Of a stretch of 64,000 bases of DNA, positions 1 through 12,000 are shown piece by piece. Under the pieces are notes generated by a model. The model did no database searches and was not told the DNA's origin. It saw nothing but the letters and a program-made list of their open reading frames with translations. The position numbers and the translations under genes are program-made. Source of the stretch: a candidate division FCPU426 bacterium (GTDB lineage Bacteria > Oederibacteriota > Muellerivitia > Muellerivitales > Muellerivitaceae); contig CAWCKJ010000003.1 of assembly GCA_963796105.1 (NCBI GenBank), positions 64,001 through 128,000 on the forward strand. The letters run 5' to 3'. Numbering within the stretch: position 1 is the first letter of the stretch; every line of letters starts with the position of its first letter.

Positions 1-1
1 T

Positions 2-1717
2 TATTTCCAGGTTCGAGTTTCAAATCAACCGATTCACAGTCACGTAGACGATGTTCATATTCTCGCTACGTTTGAGGATTCCACGGCTCGTCTTCACGCT
101 TCCGAGGTGGTTAAAGGCGGAGCGCTCATTTACGATCCCACCAAGGTTATGCTTGACGACCTGGATTTAAAATCAGGAGTCATTACCCTGCCGATTGACT
201 TCAACATGACTCTTCGGCATGTGGCGGAAATTACTGGAGTGGAGTACGGCGCGCTTTCCATCATGAAAAACATGATAGCTGTTGCCGCTTCCATGGCGTT
301 GTTGCGTATGGATATTTCCTACATGGAGAAAACACTTTCCAGAATATTTACCGGAAAAAAAGCGAAATTGGTTTCCCTAAACATGGCGGCGGTAAAAAAA
401 GCCTACGAGGCTGTGGAGGCCTTGCCGGAGGAAATGCATGCCCAGTTTCCTTATCATCTAGTGCCCAATCCCAATACTCCTAAGAGGTTGTTGATCAATG
501 GCGCGACGGCTACGGCTCTTGGCAAATTGAAAGCCGGATGCCGTTACCAAACCTATTATCCAATCAGTCCCGCAACTGACGAGAGCGTTTATTTGGAAGG
601 AAAGCCGGAATACGGGGTAGCCGTGGTTCAATGCGAAGATGAGATCGCAGCCATTAACATGTTACTCGGGGCCGCTACGACGGGAGTGAGGGCTTCCACA
701 TCCACCTCGGGACCCGGCTTTTGCTTGATGCAAGAAGGTTTGGGCTGGGCCGGGATGAATGAGGTGCCGGCTGTAGTGTTCAATTATCAAAGAGGCGGTC
801 CTTCCACTGGGCTTCCCACGCGAAATGAGCAGGGCGATTTGATGTTTGCGGTTTTTGGCGGGCATGGAGAGTATCCCCGCTTGGTCATGGCCCCAGGCAG
901 CATTGAGGACCATTTCCAGCTTGCTTTTGAGTCTTTTAACTACGCTGAAAAATTTCAAACGCCTGTTATCGTCCTAAATGATAAATTTCTGGCCAATAGC
1001 ACCCAATCCACTTCTCTTTTCAAGGAGCAGGATTTAGTTATTGATCGAGGAAGATTAGCGACGACGCAGGAATTAGAAGCGGCCATATCAGAGGGAAAGG
1101 GATTTCCACGTTTTAGACCGGATCCAAAGACCGTCATTTCACCTCGGCCAATACCTGGACAAGAGGGTGGACCATATTGGATGACCGGAGATGAGCACGA
1201 CGATTACGGGCATATCACGGAAAACCCGGATAACAGAAACAAGATGCACGAAAAAAGAATGGCGAAAAACCGCCTGATGTTGGAGCAGATTCCCGAGGAT
1301 AGACAGTATAGCTTGATCGGCGAGCCTGATGCTGATGTCACCTTGGTGTGTTGGGGTTCCACATTGGGAGTTCTTCTGGACGCTCTCCCCGCCTTGAAGG
1401 AAAAAAATATTACCGCGAACTTTTTATTCGTGAGAATGCTGAATCCCTTCCCGGCCATCGGGGTCAAAAAAATACTCAGCTGCTCGAAGAAGATCATTCT
1501 TGTGGAAAGCAATTTTGGGGGGCAGCTGGGTCAATTAATCCGGATGAACACGGGAATAAATATTTCTTCTCAAATCATCAAATACACCGGCAGGCCAATG
1601 TCTTTGAATGAGATTGTGAATTCAGTGGAAAAATTCATGAAAAAGGAGGTGGCCGCCGTGATGGATCCGTTGACGGGAACACCTTCGGAAAAGATGGTGC
1701 TTAATTATGGCCTCTAA
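2..1717 (+). CDS. korA: 2-oxoacid:ferredoxin oxidoreductase alpha subunit (5'-truncated by window edge)
   Basis: Frame is open from base 2 (YFQVRVSNQPIHSH...). Motifs YYPISPAT, QCEDEIAA, TSTSGPGF, QRGGPSTGLPTRNEQGD. Confidence 0.92.
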   Translation, partial: YFQVRVSNQPIHSHVDDVHILATFEDSTARLHASEVVKGGALIYDPTKVMLDDLDLKSGVITLPIDFNMTLRHVAEITGVEYGALSIMKNMIAVAASMALLRMDISYMEKTLSRIFTGKKAKLVSLNMAAVKKAYEAVEALPEEMHAQFPYHLVPNPNTPKRLLINGATATALGKLKAGCRYQTYYPISPATDESVYLEGKPEYGVAVVQCEDEIAAINMLLGAATTGVRASTSTSGPGFCLMQEGLGWAGMNEVPAVVFNYQRGGPSTGLPTRNEQGDLMFAVFGGHGEYPRLVMAPGSIEDHFQLAFESFNYAEKFQTPVIVLNDKFLANSTQSTSLFKEQDLVIDRGRLATTQELEAAISEGKGFPRFRPDPKTVISPRPIPGQEGGPYWMTGDEHDDYGHITENPDNRNKMHEKRMAKNRLMLEQIPEDRQYSLIGEPDADVTLVCWGSTLGVLLDALPALKEKNITANFLFVRMLNPFPAIGVKKILSCSKKIILVESNFGGQLGQLIRMNTGINISSQIIKYTGRPMSLNEIVNSVEKFMKKEVAAVMDPLTGTPSEKMVLNYGL

Positions 1718-2684
1718 ACTCCAAACCCCATTGACAGTTTCGGCGTACAAAAGCGAGGTCCATAATGATTGGTGCCCTGGTTGCGGCGACTATGGGGCTC
1801 TCCAAGCGGTCCAGCAAACACTCGCGGAGATGAGCCTGCCTCCATGGGAAACCATGGTTTTTAGCGGCATAGGTTGCTCGGGAAAAATGTTCAATTACAT
1901 TGCTTCCTTTGGCGTTCACACGCTTCATGGAAGGGTTTTGCCTTTCGCCATCGGCGCAAAGTTGGCCAATCCCGATCTGGAAGTGATAGCGGTTGGTGGC
2001 GATGGTGACGGATACGGCATTGGGGCGGGCCATTTTGTGCACGCGGGCCGCCGCAATGTGGATATGGCTTATATCGTCATGAACAACGAGGTTTATGGGC
2101 TTACCAAAGGACAAGCTTCACCCACGCTCGGCAGGGGACAACAAACGAAATCCCTTCCCATGCCGAATATCAACGACGGAATCCAACCGTTGGCATTGGC
2201 ATTGAGTTCGGGTTACACCTGGATTGGGCGCAGTTACGCATTTGACGGGAAACACCTGAAGGAAATGATCCGAAAGGCCATTGAGCATAAGGGGATGGCC
2301 CTGTTGGATGTCTTGCAACCCTGCCCGACCTATAACGATATTCATACGGCTGATTGGTTCAATAAAAAAGTCCGGGATGGAAATAACCAACTGCCGCGTG
2401 TTTTCAATTTGAGTGAACTCGGCTATGACGGCTCTGTGAAGGATCCGACTAATTTCGAGGAAGTTGCCGAAAAACAGAAAAAAGCTTTTGAAATGGCTCA
2501 TTACCACGGCGAGAGGATCCCGGTCGGGGTTTTTTACGAGATCAAGCTACCGACTTATGTGGAGCGCATGCAGGCCATGGCTCCCATGCTGAAAAAATAC
2601 GCCCCTGGAAGGGTGCCTTTCGAGGACGCGAATCATTTGCCCACGACGGATTTGACTTCCGCCTACGATGAACTCATGGTTTAG
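1707..2684 (+). CDS. korB: 2-oxoacid:ferredoxin oxidoreductase beta subunit (TPP-binding)
   Basis: WCPGCGD, SGIGCSG, GGDGDGYGIG, NNEVYGLTKGQASPT; overlaps the alpha subunit stop. Confidence 0.93.
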   Translation: MASKLQTPLTVSAYKSEVHNDWCPGCGDYGALQAVQQTLAEMSLPPWETMVFSGIGCSGKMFNYIASFGVHTLHGRVLPFAIGAKLANPDLEVIAVGGDGDGYGIGAGHFVHAGRRNVDMAYIVMNNEVYGLTKGQASPTLGRGQQTKSLPMPNINDGIQPLALALSSGYTWIGRSYAFDGKHLKEMIRKAIEHKGMALLDVLQPCPTYNDIHTADWFNKKVRDGNNQLPRVFNLSELGYDGSVKDPTNFEEVAEKQKKAFEMAHYHGERIPVGVFYEIKLPTYVERMQAMAPMLKKYAPGRVPFEDANHLPTTDLTSAYDELMV

Positions 2685-2694
2685 TGGTATGATG

Positions 2695-2731
2695 AAAGCC
2701 CGAATCCCAAAAGGGTTCGGGCTTTTTTTTT
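2695..2731 (+). terminator. Rho-independent terminator after korAB
   Basis: AAAGCCCGAATCCC-AAAA-GGGTTCGGGCTTT stem followed by a T run. Confidence 0.85.
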
Positions 2732-2747
2732 ATCCCTTCAAGAAGGT

Positions 2748-3542
2748 ATGCAATTGCCGAAAATCATCGTTGTTTTGCCAGTTTATAATGAAGAGAAAAC
2801 CCTTAAAAATATCCTCCCTAGAATAACCGCCCATTCCGATATCCTAGTCTGCGTGGATGACGGCTCTTGCGATCAATCCCCGGCTATCCTATACAGGTAC
2901 GCCAAGAAAATGAAAAACACATACATAGTGACTTTGCCGGAGAATAACGGAATGGCAGGCGCCCTTAAGAACGGATTTTTATTCGTTCTTTATCTTCTTA
3001 AGAAAAAGCTTATCCGGAATGAGGATATCGTCGTGACCATCGACGCTGACGGACAGCACAAACCCGAATATATTCCCGAGATTGCGGAATATATGAGGCT
3101 AAAAGAGGCGGATGTAGTCCTGACGAGGAGGGATTTTTCAGCCTATCCACTTTATAAAGTGATAGGAAACAAGTTTCTGACTTTCACGAATTCCTTACTG
3201 TCGGGGAAAAAATACAAGGACGTAGAATCAGGGCTGAGATTCATGAAGGTACGAACTCTTGCCCCAATTTTGAGGTACTATACCGGTGTTCAGTATTCCT
3301 GCGCCCAGGAAATCGCCCTTATTTCCGCTCGACTGGGGTTGAAAATCAATAATGATTTTTTGGTCAATATCGCCTATTACCGCCCAGGGACTACGGTTTT
3401 GGACGGTTTTATCGTTTTGTTTTACAGCTTAATGACTTTTATGAAGTGGCTGTTTCAATTCGAGGAAGTTGTGGAAGCCGATATTCCCCTCATGAGGGAA
3501 TCTCTTCGGTTGTCCCGAATAATCTGGAAAAAGCGCGATTAA
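2748..3542 (+). CDS. Glycosyltransferase family 2 protein
   Basis: LPVYNEE, VDDGSCD, TIDADGQH, DVESGLR motifs. Confidence 0.88.
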   Translation: MQLPKIIVVLPVYNEEKTLKNILPRITAHSDILVCVDDGSCDQSPAILYRYAKKMKNTYIVTLPENNGMAGALKNGFLFVLYLLKKKLIRNEDIVVTIDADGQHKPEYIPEIAEYMRLKEADVVLTRRDFSAYPLYKVIGNKFLTFTNSLLSGKKYKDVESGLRFMKVRTLAPILRYYTGVQYSCAQEIALISARLGLKINNDFLVNIAYYRPGTTVLDGFIVLFYSLMTFMKWLFQFEEVVEADIPLMRESLRLSRIIWKKRD

Positions 3543-3557
3543 AAAGGAAGTGAAATT

Positions 3558-3944
3558 ATGAATGAAACTGGTTTTAATATCCCGAAAGTGGCTGGGTTTT
3601 TGTTTTGCAACCATATCGCCCAGGATGTTTTGACCAAAAATTACGATTTGAGGGGTGTTTTCCAAGGTTTCAATCTTCCCCAGTACCCCATGGGAGTAGA
3701 ATTCGTGACGTTCGCCAGGTTTTGCTACGAGCAGGGGGGGGAATTCCAGGTTGACATCAGTCTTTATAACGAAAAAGGTGAAAAAATCACCGAAAGCATG
3801 CCTCGGAAATTACCATTTCAGGATAGTATTTACCATGATCTGATCACAGCCTGGAGAATCATGATGCCGGCTCCAGGGACATATGTATTTAAAGTTTTTT
3901 GTAACAATTTGAATTTGGGCGATTTCAAGCTGATTTGCCGCTAA
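3558..3944 (+). CDS. Hypothetical small beta-rich protein (DUF6941-like)
   Basis: RBS AAGGAAG; FLFCNHI...LRGVF...PGTYVFKVF pattern resembles DUF6941. Confidence 0.55.
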   Translation: MNETGFNIPKVAGFLFCNHIAQDVLTKNYDLRGVFQGFNLPQYPMGVEFVTFARFCYEQGGEFQVDISLYNEKGEKITESMPRKLPFQDSIYHDLITAWRIMMPAPGTYVFKVFCNNLNLGDFKLICR

Positions 3945-4190
3945 ATAGCTAATAAAGCGGGAATTTTGCATGCCTATCCGAACAACGCTTGCGCAGTAAT
4001 GGGTTTTGCCAAAGCGCAAGCGGTTAAGGCCCGGTGAAATAAGGAATCTGGGTCATGGCGACGATTGAACCGATAAGTATATTCGCTCAAGTATCCAGGC
4101 AGATATTTCACGTTGACTCCATGATGGGTTCCTAGGATCCAAGCCTTGGCGTTGGAAATGAATCGGTCATGCTTCTGTATTAAGTGACCC

Positions 4191-4218
4191 TTGAAATAAA
4201 GGAATACATAGGTATACT
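4191..4218 (+). promoter_or_regulatory. Sigma70-type promoter of inner IS transposase
   Basis: TTGAAA-16 nt-TATACT, followed by GGAGG RBS; same motif is conserved in the outer IS. Confidence 0.65.
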
Positions 4219-4239
4219 GTCCGCTACGGGAGGTGGTAC

Positions 4240-5148
4240 ATGAGCTACCAGCGGATGAAAAGCATTAAAATTCTGAGGAAAATCCACACGGAAGAAGAAG
4301 CCCGCCAATGGGTGTGGAGATGCCGTTTCGGCGGGAAAGACTTTGTTTGTCCCCAATGTGAGGGCGAAAGCTTCTGGCAACACCAGGCCAAGCCTGAAGT
4401 GAGGGAATGTGACTATTGCCGGAAACGTCTTCGGCTTCGCGCCGGGACGATTTTTGAAAGCTCCAAGCTGCCTCTTTTAACCTGGGTCAGGGCCATCAGT
4501 TTGATGATGCAGGGCAAACGGGGTATTTCGGCCCTGGAACTGAAGCGGCATTTAAATCTTTCGGATCATTCGGCATGGCTTCTATTGCATAAGATCCGGG
4601 AAGGTCTTAGGCAAAAGGACGAAAGCTATACTCTAAAGGGCGTCATTGAGTTGGATGGGGCGGTTTTTGGGAAAAAGGCCAAGGAAAACCAAGTGGAAGT
4701 CTTGGTGGCGGTGGAAAGCAAGGAATGGGTGGATGAGAATGGTTGCAAGAAGGAAAAAGCGGGTTTTGCCAAGGTGAAGGTAGCTATGGAAACCAAGTGG
4801 GAGAGCCAGGAATTCGTGAATCAGACTATGGAAAAAGGCTCTTTCCTCAACACAGATGCTTCGCCAGCCTTGCGTGAACTCAAAGGAGTGGAGGCAGACT
4901 ACCGGGTGATGGCCAATGACCCGAAAGAGTTGGAAAGTTGGTTGCCCTGGGTACACCGGTTCATTTCCAACGCCAAGGCCTGGATCATTGGAACTCATCA
5001 TGGCGTTGATGCTAAGTATTTAGGCCGGTATCTAAGTGAATATGCCTATCGGTTCAACCGTCGTCATGATCCCGATTCCTTATTTCACCGTGCTTTGACC
5101 GCATGTGCCTTAGCAAAACCCATTACAGCACGGTCACTTTGTGCATAA
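4240..5148 (+). CDS. IS1595-family transposase (intact)
   Basis: N-terminal Zn ribbon CPQC/CDYC, HTH (KRGISALEL), ELDG, NTDA, ISNAK, GTHHGV, YRFNRR. Confidence 0.93.
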   Translation: MSYQRMKSIKILRKIHTEEEARQWVWRCRFGGKDFVCPQCEGESFWQHQAKPEVRECDYCRKRLRLRAGTIFESSKLPLLTWVRAISLMMQGKRGISALELKRHLNLSDHSAWLLLHKIREGLRQKDESYTLKGVIELDGAVFGKKAKENQVEVLVAVESKEWVDENGCKKEKAGFAKVKVAMETKWESQEFVNQTMEKGSFLNTDASPALRELKGVEADYRVMANDPKELESWLPWVHRFISNAKAWIIGTHHGVDAKYLGRYLSEYAYRFNRRHDPDSLFHRALTACALAKPITARSLCA

Positions 5149-5899
5149 ACATAGAATCGGTGGACCCAAGGTAACCAGTGATTTAACACCACTGGGTCAT
5201 TGGCTGTTACCTGGTACTCCACATCCACGTTTTCCAAGTTTCTCAAGCTGGGACTGGCATCCGTGTTTATCATGGCGCCTTTCTGGATTGCTTGATCGAC
5301 GAATGCTTGGGCTTCCCACTTGGTTTCTGCGGTCACCTTTATCTTTGCAAAACCCGCTTTCTCTTTTTTGCGCCCTTTCTCATCTATCCATTCTTTGCTT
5401 TCAACCGCCACCAGCACTTCAGCCTGGTTTTCCTTTTCTCTCTTGCCGAATACAGCCCCATCCAACTCAATGATTTCCTTGAGTTGGTAATTTTCATCCC
5501 TTTGTCGAAGACTTTCCCGAATCTTATGCAACATCCTCCAAACGGTATCGTAGGAGGGCATTCCCAATTGCCGCTGAAGTTCCAGGGCTGAAATGCCCCT
5601 TTTCCCTTGCATCACCAATCCAATCATCCTCAACCAGGTTAAGATTGGGATCTTGGATTTCCGGAAGATCGTTCCGGCTCGAAGCCGTATTTGCTTTCGA
5701 CAATAGTCACATTCCCGCACTTCGGGGCGGTTTTTGTGTTGCCAGAAACTTTCTCCTTCACATTGTGGGCAAACAAAGTCTTTTCCGGCAAAACGGCTCT
5801 TCCACACCCATTGACGTGCCTTTTCTTCTGTATCGATTTCCTTGAAAATCTCAATCCCCTTCATCCGTTGGTAGTTCATAATTTGCCCCTCCAACAATG

Positions 5900-5927
5900 A
5901 GTATACTCCTGTATTCCTTTATTTCAA
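5900..5927 (-). promoter_or_regulatory. Sigma70-type promoter of outer IS transposase
   Basis: Minus strand reads TTGAAA-taaaggaatacaggag-TATACT, nearly identical to the inner IS promoter. Confidence 0.65.
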
Positions 5928-6017
5928 CAGGTACCGTTTGGAGAGGCATTGAATTTTGAAAGTTTTATTTGCCGAAAACATACGTTATACTAGCCCGCGT
6001 TTTTCCTTAAAAACCGT

Positions 6018-9000
6018 TTGATTAATTCAAACTTGTTGAGGTCAAGAGTGCCCAAGCAATCATTTCTTTCAACTTATTTTTCGAATATTGGGAGATTTTT
6101 TCGCAACCATTATTTATTAGTCATCATCATCGCCCTGGGAGGATTGTTCCGTTTTTACAACTTAAACTGGGATTTCCAACATTCCTTCCACCCAGATGAG
6201 CGCAATATTCTAGGCCAAACCGCAAGTATTCAAGCCTCGACAGGTTACCGTGTCCAGTTCTTCGCATATGGTCAGCTTCCTGTCTATCTCTATCGGGCAA
6301 GTGGGGAATTGATATCCACGCCCCAAGCCCTTTTTGATTTCTTTCATGGAAATTTCACTTTTACCAGAATCTCTTATTTTTTCCTTTTACTTCTGTTGGG
6401 TAGCTTTTGTTTCTGGCTTTTTTATAGTGAAAAACCAAAAATCATTAGTTTGAAATTGCCCGAATTTGGCCTTTTTGCTTTCAGTAAGTTAGGTCTTCTA
6501 ACTTTTATTTTGCTGCCGATTTGGTTCCATAGATATGAGGAATGGGTCCAAGGGGCTTATTGGCTTTCCGTATTGCTTTTATTCATAGGAATTTTTTGGT
6601 TCTTTCCACAGGAGAAATTCAAAAATATCACTTTAGGAGCAAGCTCGGCGTCAATTTTATTCGTATTGTTCCTTTACCCCCGGTTTTTCGATGTCTTCTC
6701 GATCTGGTTCAACGCCATCGGCGGAATACCTCTTAAAATCACATCCTTCGTTTTTGTTGTTGCGATTTCCCTTGGCCTCTGTGCGCTTATTACGGATTTT
6801 CTTGATATCAAGTGGTCGGGCTTGCCGTCCAACATCGCTTTGGGATCGATGGTATTTTTGGGGGTTGTTCCCCTTGTTCTGCCTGATGCTTTCGCGAGGG
6901 CCTTTGGTGTATTGGCCTTCATCCTCATAATCTTTACTGGGTTCACTTGGTTTGCTTGGGTATCTCGATGGGGAAGGCTTTTGAGCGCTGGCCTGGCCTT
7001 GTGGGCGGTGCTGGCTTCCTTTCCCCATGGGGGAATGCAATATACAGGCTACGGGGAATGCATGATCGTTGGCCGCTTTTGGGCGGCTTTATTCGCGACC
7101 TTGACCATATTGGCTGTTTATCTATTCGTAAAGCGAGTTTACAAAAAGGACGGGATGGCCCTTGTCGCGGCAGCTTCCTTCTCCTTTGCTGTCATCAGTA
7201 TTGAAAATTCCCATTACTGCATTACCGAGTCTTTTATCACCTTGATGCTGATGGTGATGGCCCTGCTTTCCTATGAGATTTCCATCGAGGGAAGCTGGAA
7301 AAATTACCTCTTAGCGGGGGCCGCTTTCGGCCTTTCGCTTGCCGCGAAGACCAGTACGCTTTATTACGTGTTCATATTCTTCCTGGGCCATCTTCTGTTA
7401 CTTTCTAAGAAATCTGAAATCGATTGGCTGCGGGAAGGGAAGAAACTCAAACGGAAATTATTTTTACCCCTTTCTTATGCCATTTTGTTCGTCTTAACCG
7501 CTGCGTTTTTTGTCGTGGGGTACAAATTCAAGGGCGTCCTACAGGACTTGTGTCCCTCCAATTCGGCCGAAGGGACTGTTCTCTGGGTATTGCTGATGGT
7601 CATCCTTTCCGCAATCGGCTTTGGAGTGGCCATTTGGGGCCTGAGCAAAATCAAGGTCATCCAAGCCCAAATGCCTTATTGGTTAAAACTCTCGGCATCG
7701 GGCGGCCTCTCGCTCCTTCTTTTCTGCCTGTTATCTCCGTGGTCCCTGTTGGATATTCAAAAGTTCATGGAATCCCAGAATTACGAATGGCATGTTGTTT
7801 CCATCTCTGATGCCTGTTATGTCCTGCAGTTTAAGGACACCCTTCGTTATATCTATCATCTTCAAAACCTGATGAGCGTGGAGTTATGGTGGCCATTGGG
7901 CGTTACTGCTGTTATAGGTATGGTATGGGTTCTCGGCCGCTTCCTTTTTCACTTGTTGAGGCCCGTCGCATCCAAGGGTCTTCTTCCCGTCCCGTTCATG
8001 AAGGGGAAGCATTTCAATTTCTCCCTGCCCGATTTGATGCTCTTGTGCTGGTTCATACCTTATTTTGGATTCATCGGCGCTTGGAACACCAAGTTCGTGC
8101 GTTACATGATCCCCTTGATCCCGGTCTTTTGTATATTCGGCGCCCGCTTTTTATCCGACTTGTTCGCGTGGATGAGTCGTTGGAAATTCCCCTCGATGGT
8201 TTTAAAGCCGCTCTTGACGGCGCTGGTTTTAGGCGGGGGTCTTTTTTACGCGATCGCCTATATGCATGTTTATACCGCGCCGAATCCTTGGATCGATTCA
8301 TCCGTTTGGATTTACAAAAACGTTCCGCCTGGTTCCGAGATCTTGAACGAGGCTTGGGGAGACGGACTTCCGGTGGACGTGAATCCCCAGCAGGATAAAA
8401 GGGTCGATAAGATCATGAGTCCAGGGTTGTACCGTTCTAAGGACATCACCCCTTATGAAATGCACGGGTTCCCGACAGACAACAATCAGATCAAAAAGGA
8501 TTACTATGCCAATATTTTCAGGGATGCGGATTACATCAGCATTTCCTCAAAGAAACTATGGTACACCTTGACCGACAGCAGTCCGGAATTCCGGCCGAAC
8601 GGTTTCAACGCCTATCCTGTCACTTCCCGTTATTACCGGCTTCTTTGGTCCGGCCTGTTGGGTTTTAAAATGGCGGCTGAGTTCCATAATTTCCCGACCC
8701 TTTTCGGTTGGTCCCACCCGGATGACACGGGTGAGGAATCCTTCTCGGTTTACGACCACCCCAGGGTTTACCTTTTCAAGAAATTCGAGAATGTTACTTC
8801 CGACAAGATCTTGAAAATGATTGAAACCGACGATTATGTCAAAGGGATCAACCGTGACATGATGCGAAATATCACTCCGGAAAACGTGGATTCCTTCATA
8901 GCCCAACGGCATCAATACCTCCAATCCAAGGGGCTGCTGGCTAGTCTTGAGGAGACGTCTTCACCCACTCCGGTTGAAACTCCAGCGGTTGTCCAGCCAG

Positions 9001-12000
9001 CGCTGTTGAAAGACAGGTTTCAAAACGCGAGGAAAATGAAGGGGGAAAACATTCCCCCTCAAACAACGGGAACTCCCTTGCCGACCCCGGAGGCCAAGGT
9101 GGTCGCTCCCGCCACTGTGCCTGGCTTGCCTAGCGGCAAGACCCTTCGGGCTTTGGAATCTCTCGCCCAGCATCCGGTCATTGAGACCGATGTCCCTAAA
9201 CTTCCATTAGCGGGTTCAGGCGTTTTTTTCTCCCAGGTTTGGGCTTGGATTTCTTGGGTAGTACTATTGATTGTTTTGGGATGGATCGCTCTTCCATTGA
9301 CGCTTCGGGTTATGGCTCCCTTGAGCTCGGGCGCCTATTCCCTGAGCAAGGTATTCGGCTTTCTTGTATTTTCCTGGGTGGTCTGGTTTTTCACGAGCAT
9401 CAAAGTGGCCGGCTTCACCCTTTCCGCCTGCTGGTTTTGGCTTCTGGCGTTGGCGGCCTTATCCCTCTATGCCTATTGGCGGGACAGGGTTTTCCTGAAG
9501 GACTTATACGCCAAGTGGGGTCCCTCTTGGATCAAACAGGAAACAGCTTTCGTCACCGCCTTCGCGATTTTCAGCCTGGTGAAGATATTCATTTCCCATA
9601 TCCACGACCCGGTTTCGGATGGCTATAACGGGGGCGGGGAAGCGGGGATGGATTTTGGCTTCCTGGCTTCCGTCGTCAGGGGAGAGACATTTCCGCCCCA
9701 GAACATGTGGATGGCAGGCCAGCCCATTGGATACACTTTTTACTATGGCCATTTGATGATGGGAATTTTGACGAAAACCCTGGGCCTGGCCCCGGGAATC
9801 ACTTACAACCTGGCACTTATCACGCTGTTCGCTTTGGTCTTTTCCTCGGCCTTTGGCTTGGCTTTCGCCCTTTCCGGCAGGCTTTCCAGCGGATGGATTG
9901 CGGGGTTCCTTTGCGCCGCCGCGGGTAATCCCGCCGCGGCCAAACAGCATTTGGAAGCCCTCCACCAATGTTTTATCTCAGCTTGGGAGGTTTTCCACCA
10001 GCTCTTTTCTGCGGGGGGAGTAGGAAATTTTTTCAGGCGTATCCCTGATATTTGGGCGCCTTTATTAAATTTCCGGTATGACTATTGGGCCCCCACCCGG
10101 GTTATTCCATTTGGAAATAACGAGGGTTCGACCATCAACGAGTTCCCGTATTTCAGCGTTTTATATGGGGATATGCATGCCCATACCTTGGCCATGCCCT
10201 TTGCCATGCTGTTGATCGGGGTGATCGCCTCCTTGTACATGTCGAAGACCGATGGCGCGTTCAAATGGAAGTGGGACTGGAAATCTCTCGTGAGCGCCGG
10301 TTTTATCTTCGGCGCTATCGCTTTCTTGAATACTTGGGAAGTCCCGACATGGCTTATCCTCCTAGGCATCGCGCTGATGGTTCAGAGCATGATGAAATTG
10401 GAAAAGTCTCTATTAACCAAAGGCATGACCCTGTTGGCCCTGTCGATCTTGGGCGCGCTGACCCTTCTGGGGTGGTGGTTGAATTTCGGGTTGGAAAGCC
10501 TGGCGCGGAACCTATTAAAGTTCCGTTTCGAATTAAGCCCCCATGCCCTTGGTGGAACGACCGGTTATTTTGTTTTCTTCGCGGTTTTGGGCGTCGCCTT
10601 CGCGGTTATATGGTTTTATTCCCGTAAGAAATCCAAACCCTTTTCCATCCAGCTTCTGGGTGTTTTAACCTCACTTGGGTGGACTCTTTTTTGCATGGCG
10701 GTTTTATGGATCCCGTTCTTTTCCCAGTTTCATCCCCAGCAAAACAAGGTCATGTGGGTGAAACCCGACATCCGGACAAGCTTGTGGAATTATTTCAACG
10801 TGTACGGCCTTTACCTCGCGGTCCTGCTATTAAGTTTTTTAATCGCATTCAAGGACCGGGTTTTCAAATGGACTGGCAGTAAATCGAAGAAGAAATGGAG
10901 GTGGATCGGATTCTTGGATAACTTGATGGATTGGGGTTCGGGAATTTCGACCGTTAAAAGCCCCATCCATGGGATGCTTCTTTTGGGATTGTTCTCATTG
11001 GTCTCGATTTGGGGAGCTTCCTGGGTCCATTGGACCGAGTCCCAGGACATCAGCGGAACGGTTATCGCCCAGGTTTTCGCGACATTGGCCGTGGCCCTGA
11101 TTGGTTTCGCCGTCTATCTTAAGGATCGGTGGGAAGTTTGGGCCGCCTTGGCAGGATTGGTGGTTTTTTGGGTTTCCCTGATGGCTATCCACGTGACCCA
11201 CTTGACCCAGGATTTGCTCCCGACCCTCGGCCTCCTTCTGTTTTCCTGCCTTTGGATGCTGGCCTTTTTCCACCTGGGGCTAGCCATCAAGACGTATTCG
11301 GACCGATTGCTGTCATTTTCTTATATTCTCGTTTCGTATTTCTTCTTCGTGACCGCAGTCCTGGAAGTATTCGTGATGAGCGAGTATTTTGGCTTTGGAA
11401 ACGGCATGAGGAATAACTCCATGTTCAAATACGGGATCAACGCCTGGACCCTGGCCGCTATATCAACCGGAATATTCCTTCCCAAGATCGTGGATTTCTT
11501 TGAGGTTTTCATGCGCGCGAAGGTGAAAGAGGCGGTTTTACCGGGCTGGTTGATGAGGATAATATCCGGAATCCTGGTATTCGTCCTGTTCAGGGTGTTA
11601 CTGAACAGCTTCGTGCCATCCTTGCACTCGGGCGTTGTTTACGCCTTGAATTTGATCTTGATCGGGGGAATCCTTTCCTGGTGCTACATTGAGGAGTGGC
11701 TGGAGGAAGGTTGGATCCGTTCCGTGGCCCTGGCAGTTGGCATTCTACTGGTCATTTACAATTTATTGCCTTTCCTTAATTTTGGTTCCGGCCCGATTTT
11801 CGGCTATCTGGAGAAATTCGGCGAGGATTTGAGCGTGGAATTTGTGTTTCCCGCCATGATCACCGTCGTGCTTTTGTCTTCCTTGTCCCTGGCGGTTCGT
11901 TACTACCGGGACCGCAAAGACGGCGGAAGAAAACTGCTGTACCATTCCTGGGCTTTGCTATTGGCTGTGTTGTTCCTGATGGTCTCCATATACCCGGTTT

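Larger units (their letters stand above)
4168..5153 (+). mobile_element. Inner IS1595-family element (986 bp)
   Basis: 8-bp TSD GAATCGGT at 4160-4167 and 5154-5161. Imperfect TIRs CATGCTTCTGTATTAAGTGACC / TATGTTTATGCACAAAGTGACC. Confidence 0.9.
3974..5879 (-). pseudogene. IS1595 transposase split by the inner IS (5879-5154 plus 4159-3974)
   Basis: N-part MNYQRMK...CPQC..CDYC...ELDG...NTDA...WLPWVHRF rejoins in frame with ISNAKAWILGTHHGV...YRFNRRHDPDSLFHRALTACALAKPITAQALFG* once the inner element and one TSD copy are removed. Confidence 0.9.
3969..5950 (-). mobile_element. Outer IS1595-family element (about 988 bp before interruption)
   Basis: 8-bp TSD GAATTTTG at 3961-3968 and 5951-5958. 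Imperfect TIRs CATGCCTATCCGAAC / AATGCCTCTCCAAAC. Confidence 0.9.

Noticed and set aside
5085..5897. 270-aa ORF as an intact transposase
   Set aside because: Its last residues (YVYAQ...) are read-through into the inner IS; the true C-terminus is at 4159-3974.
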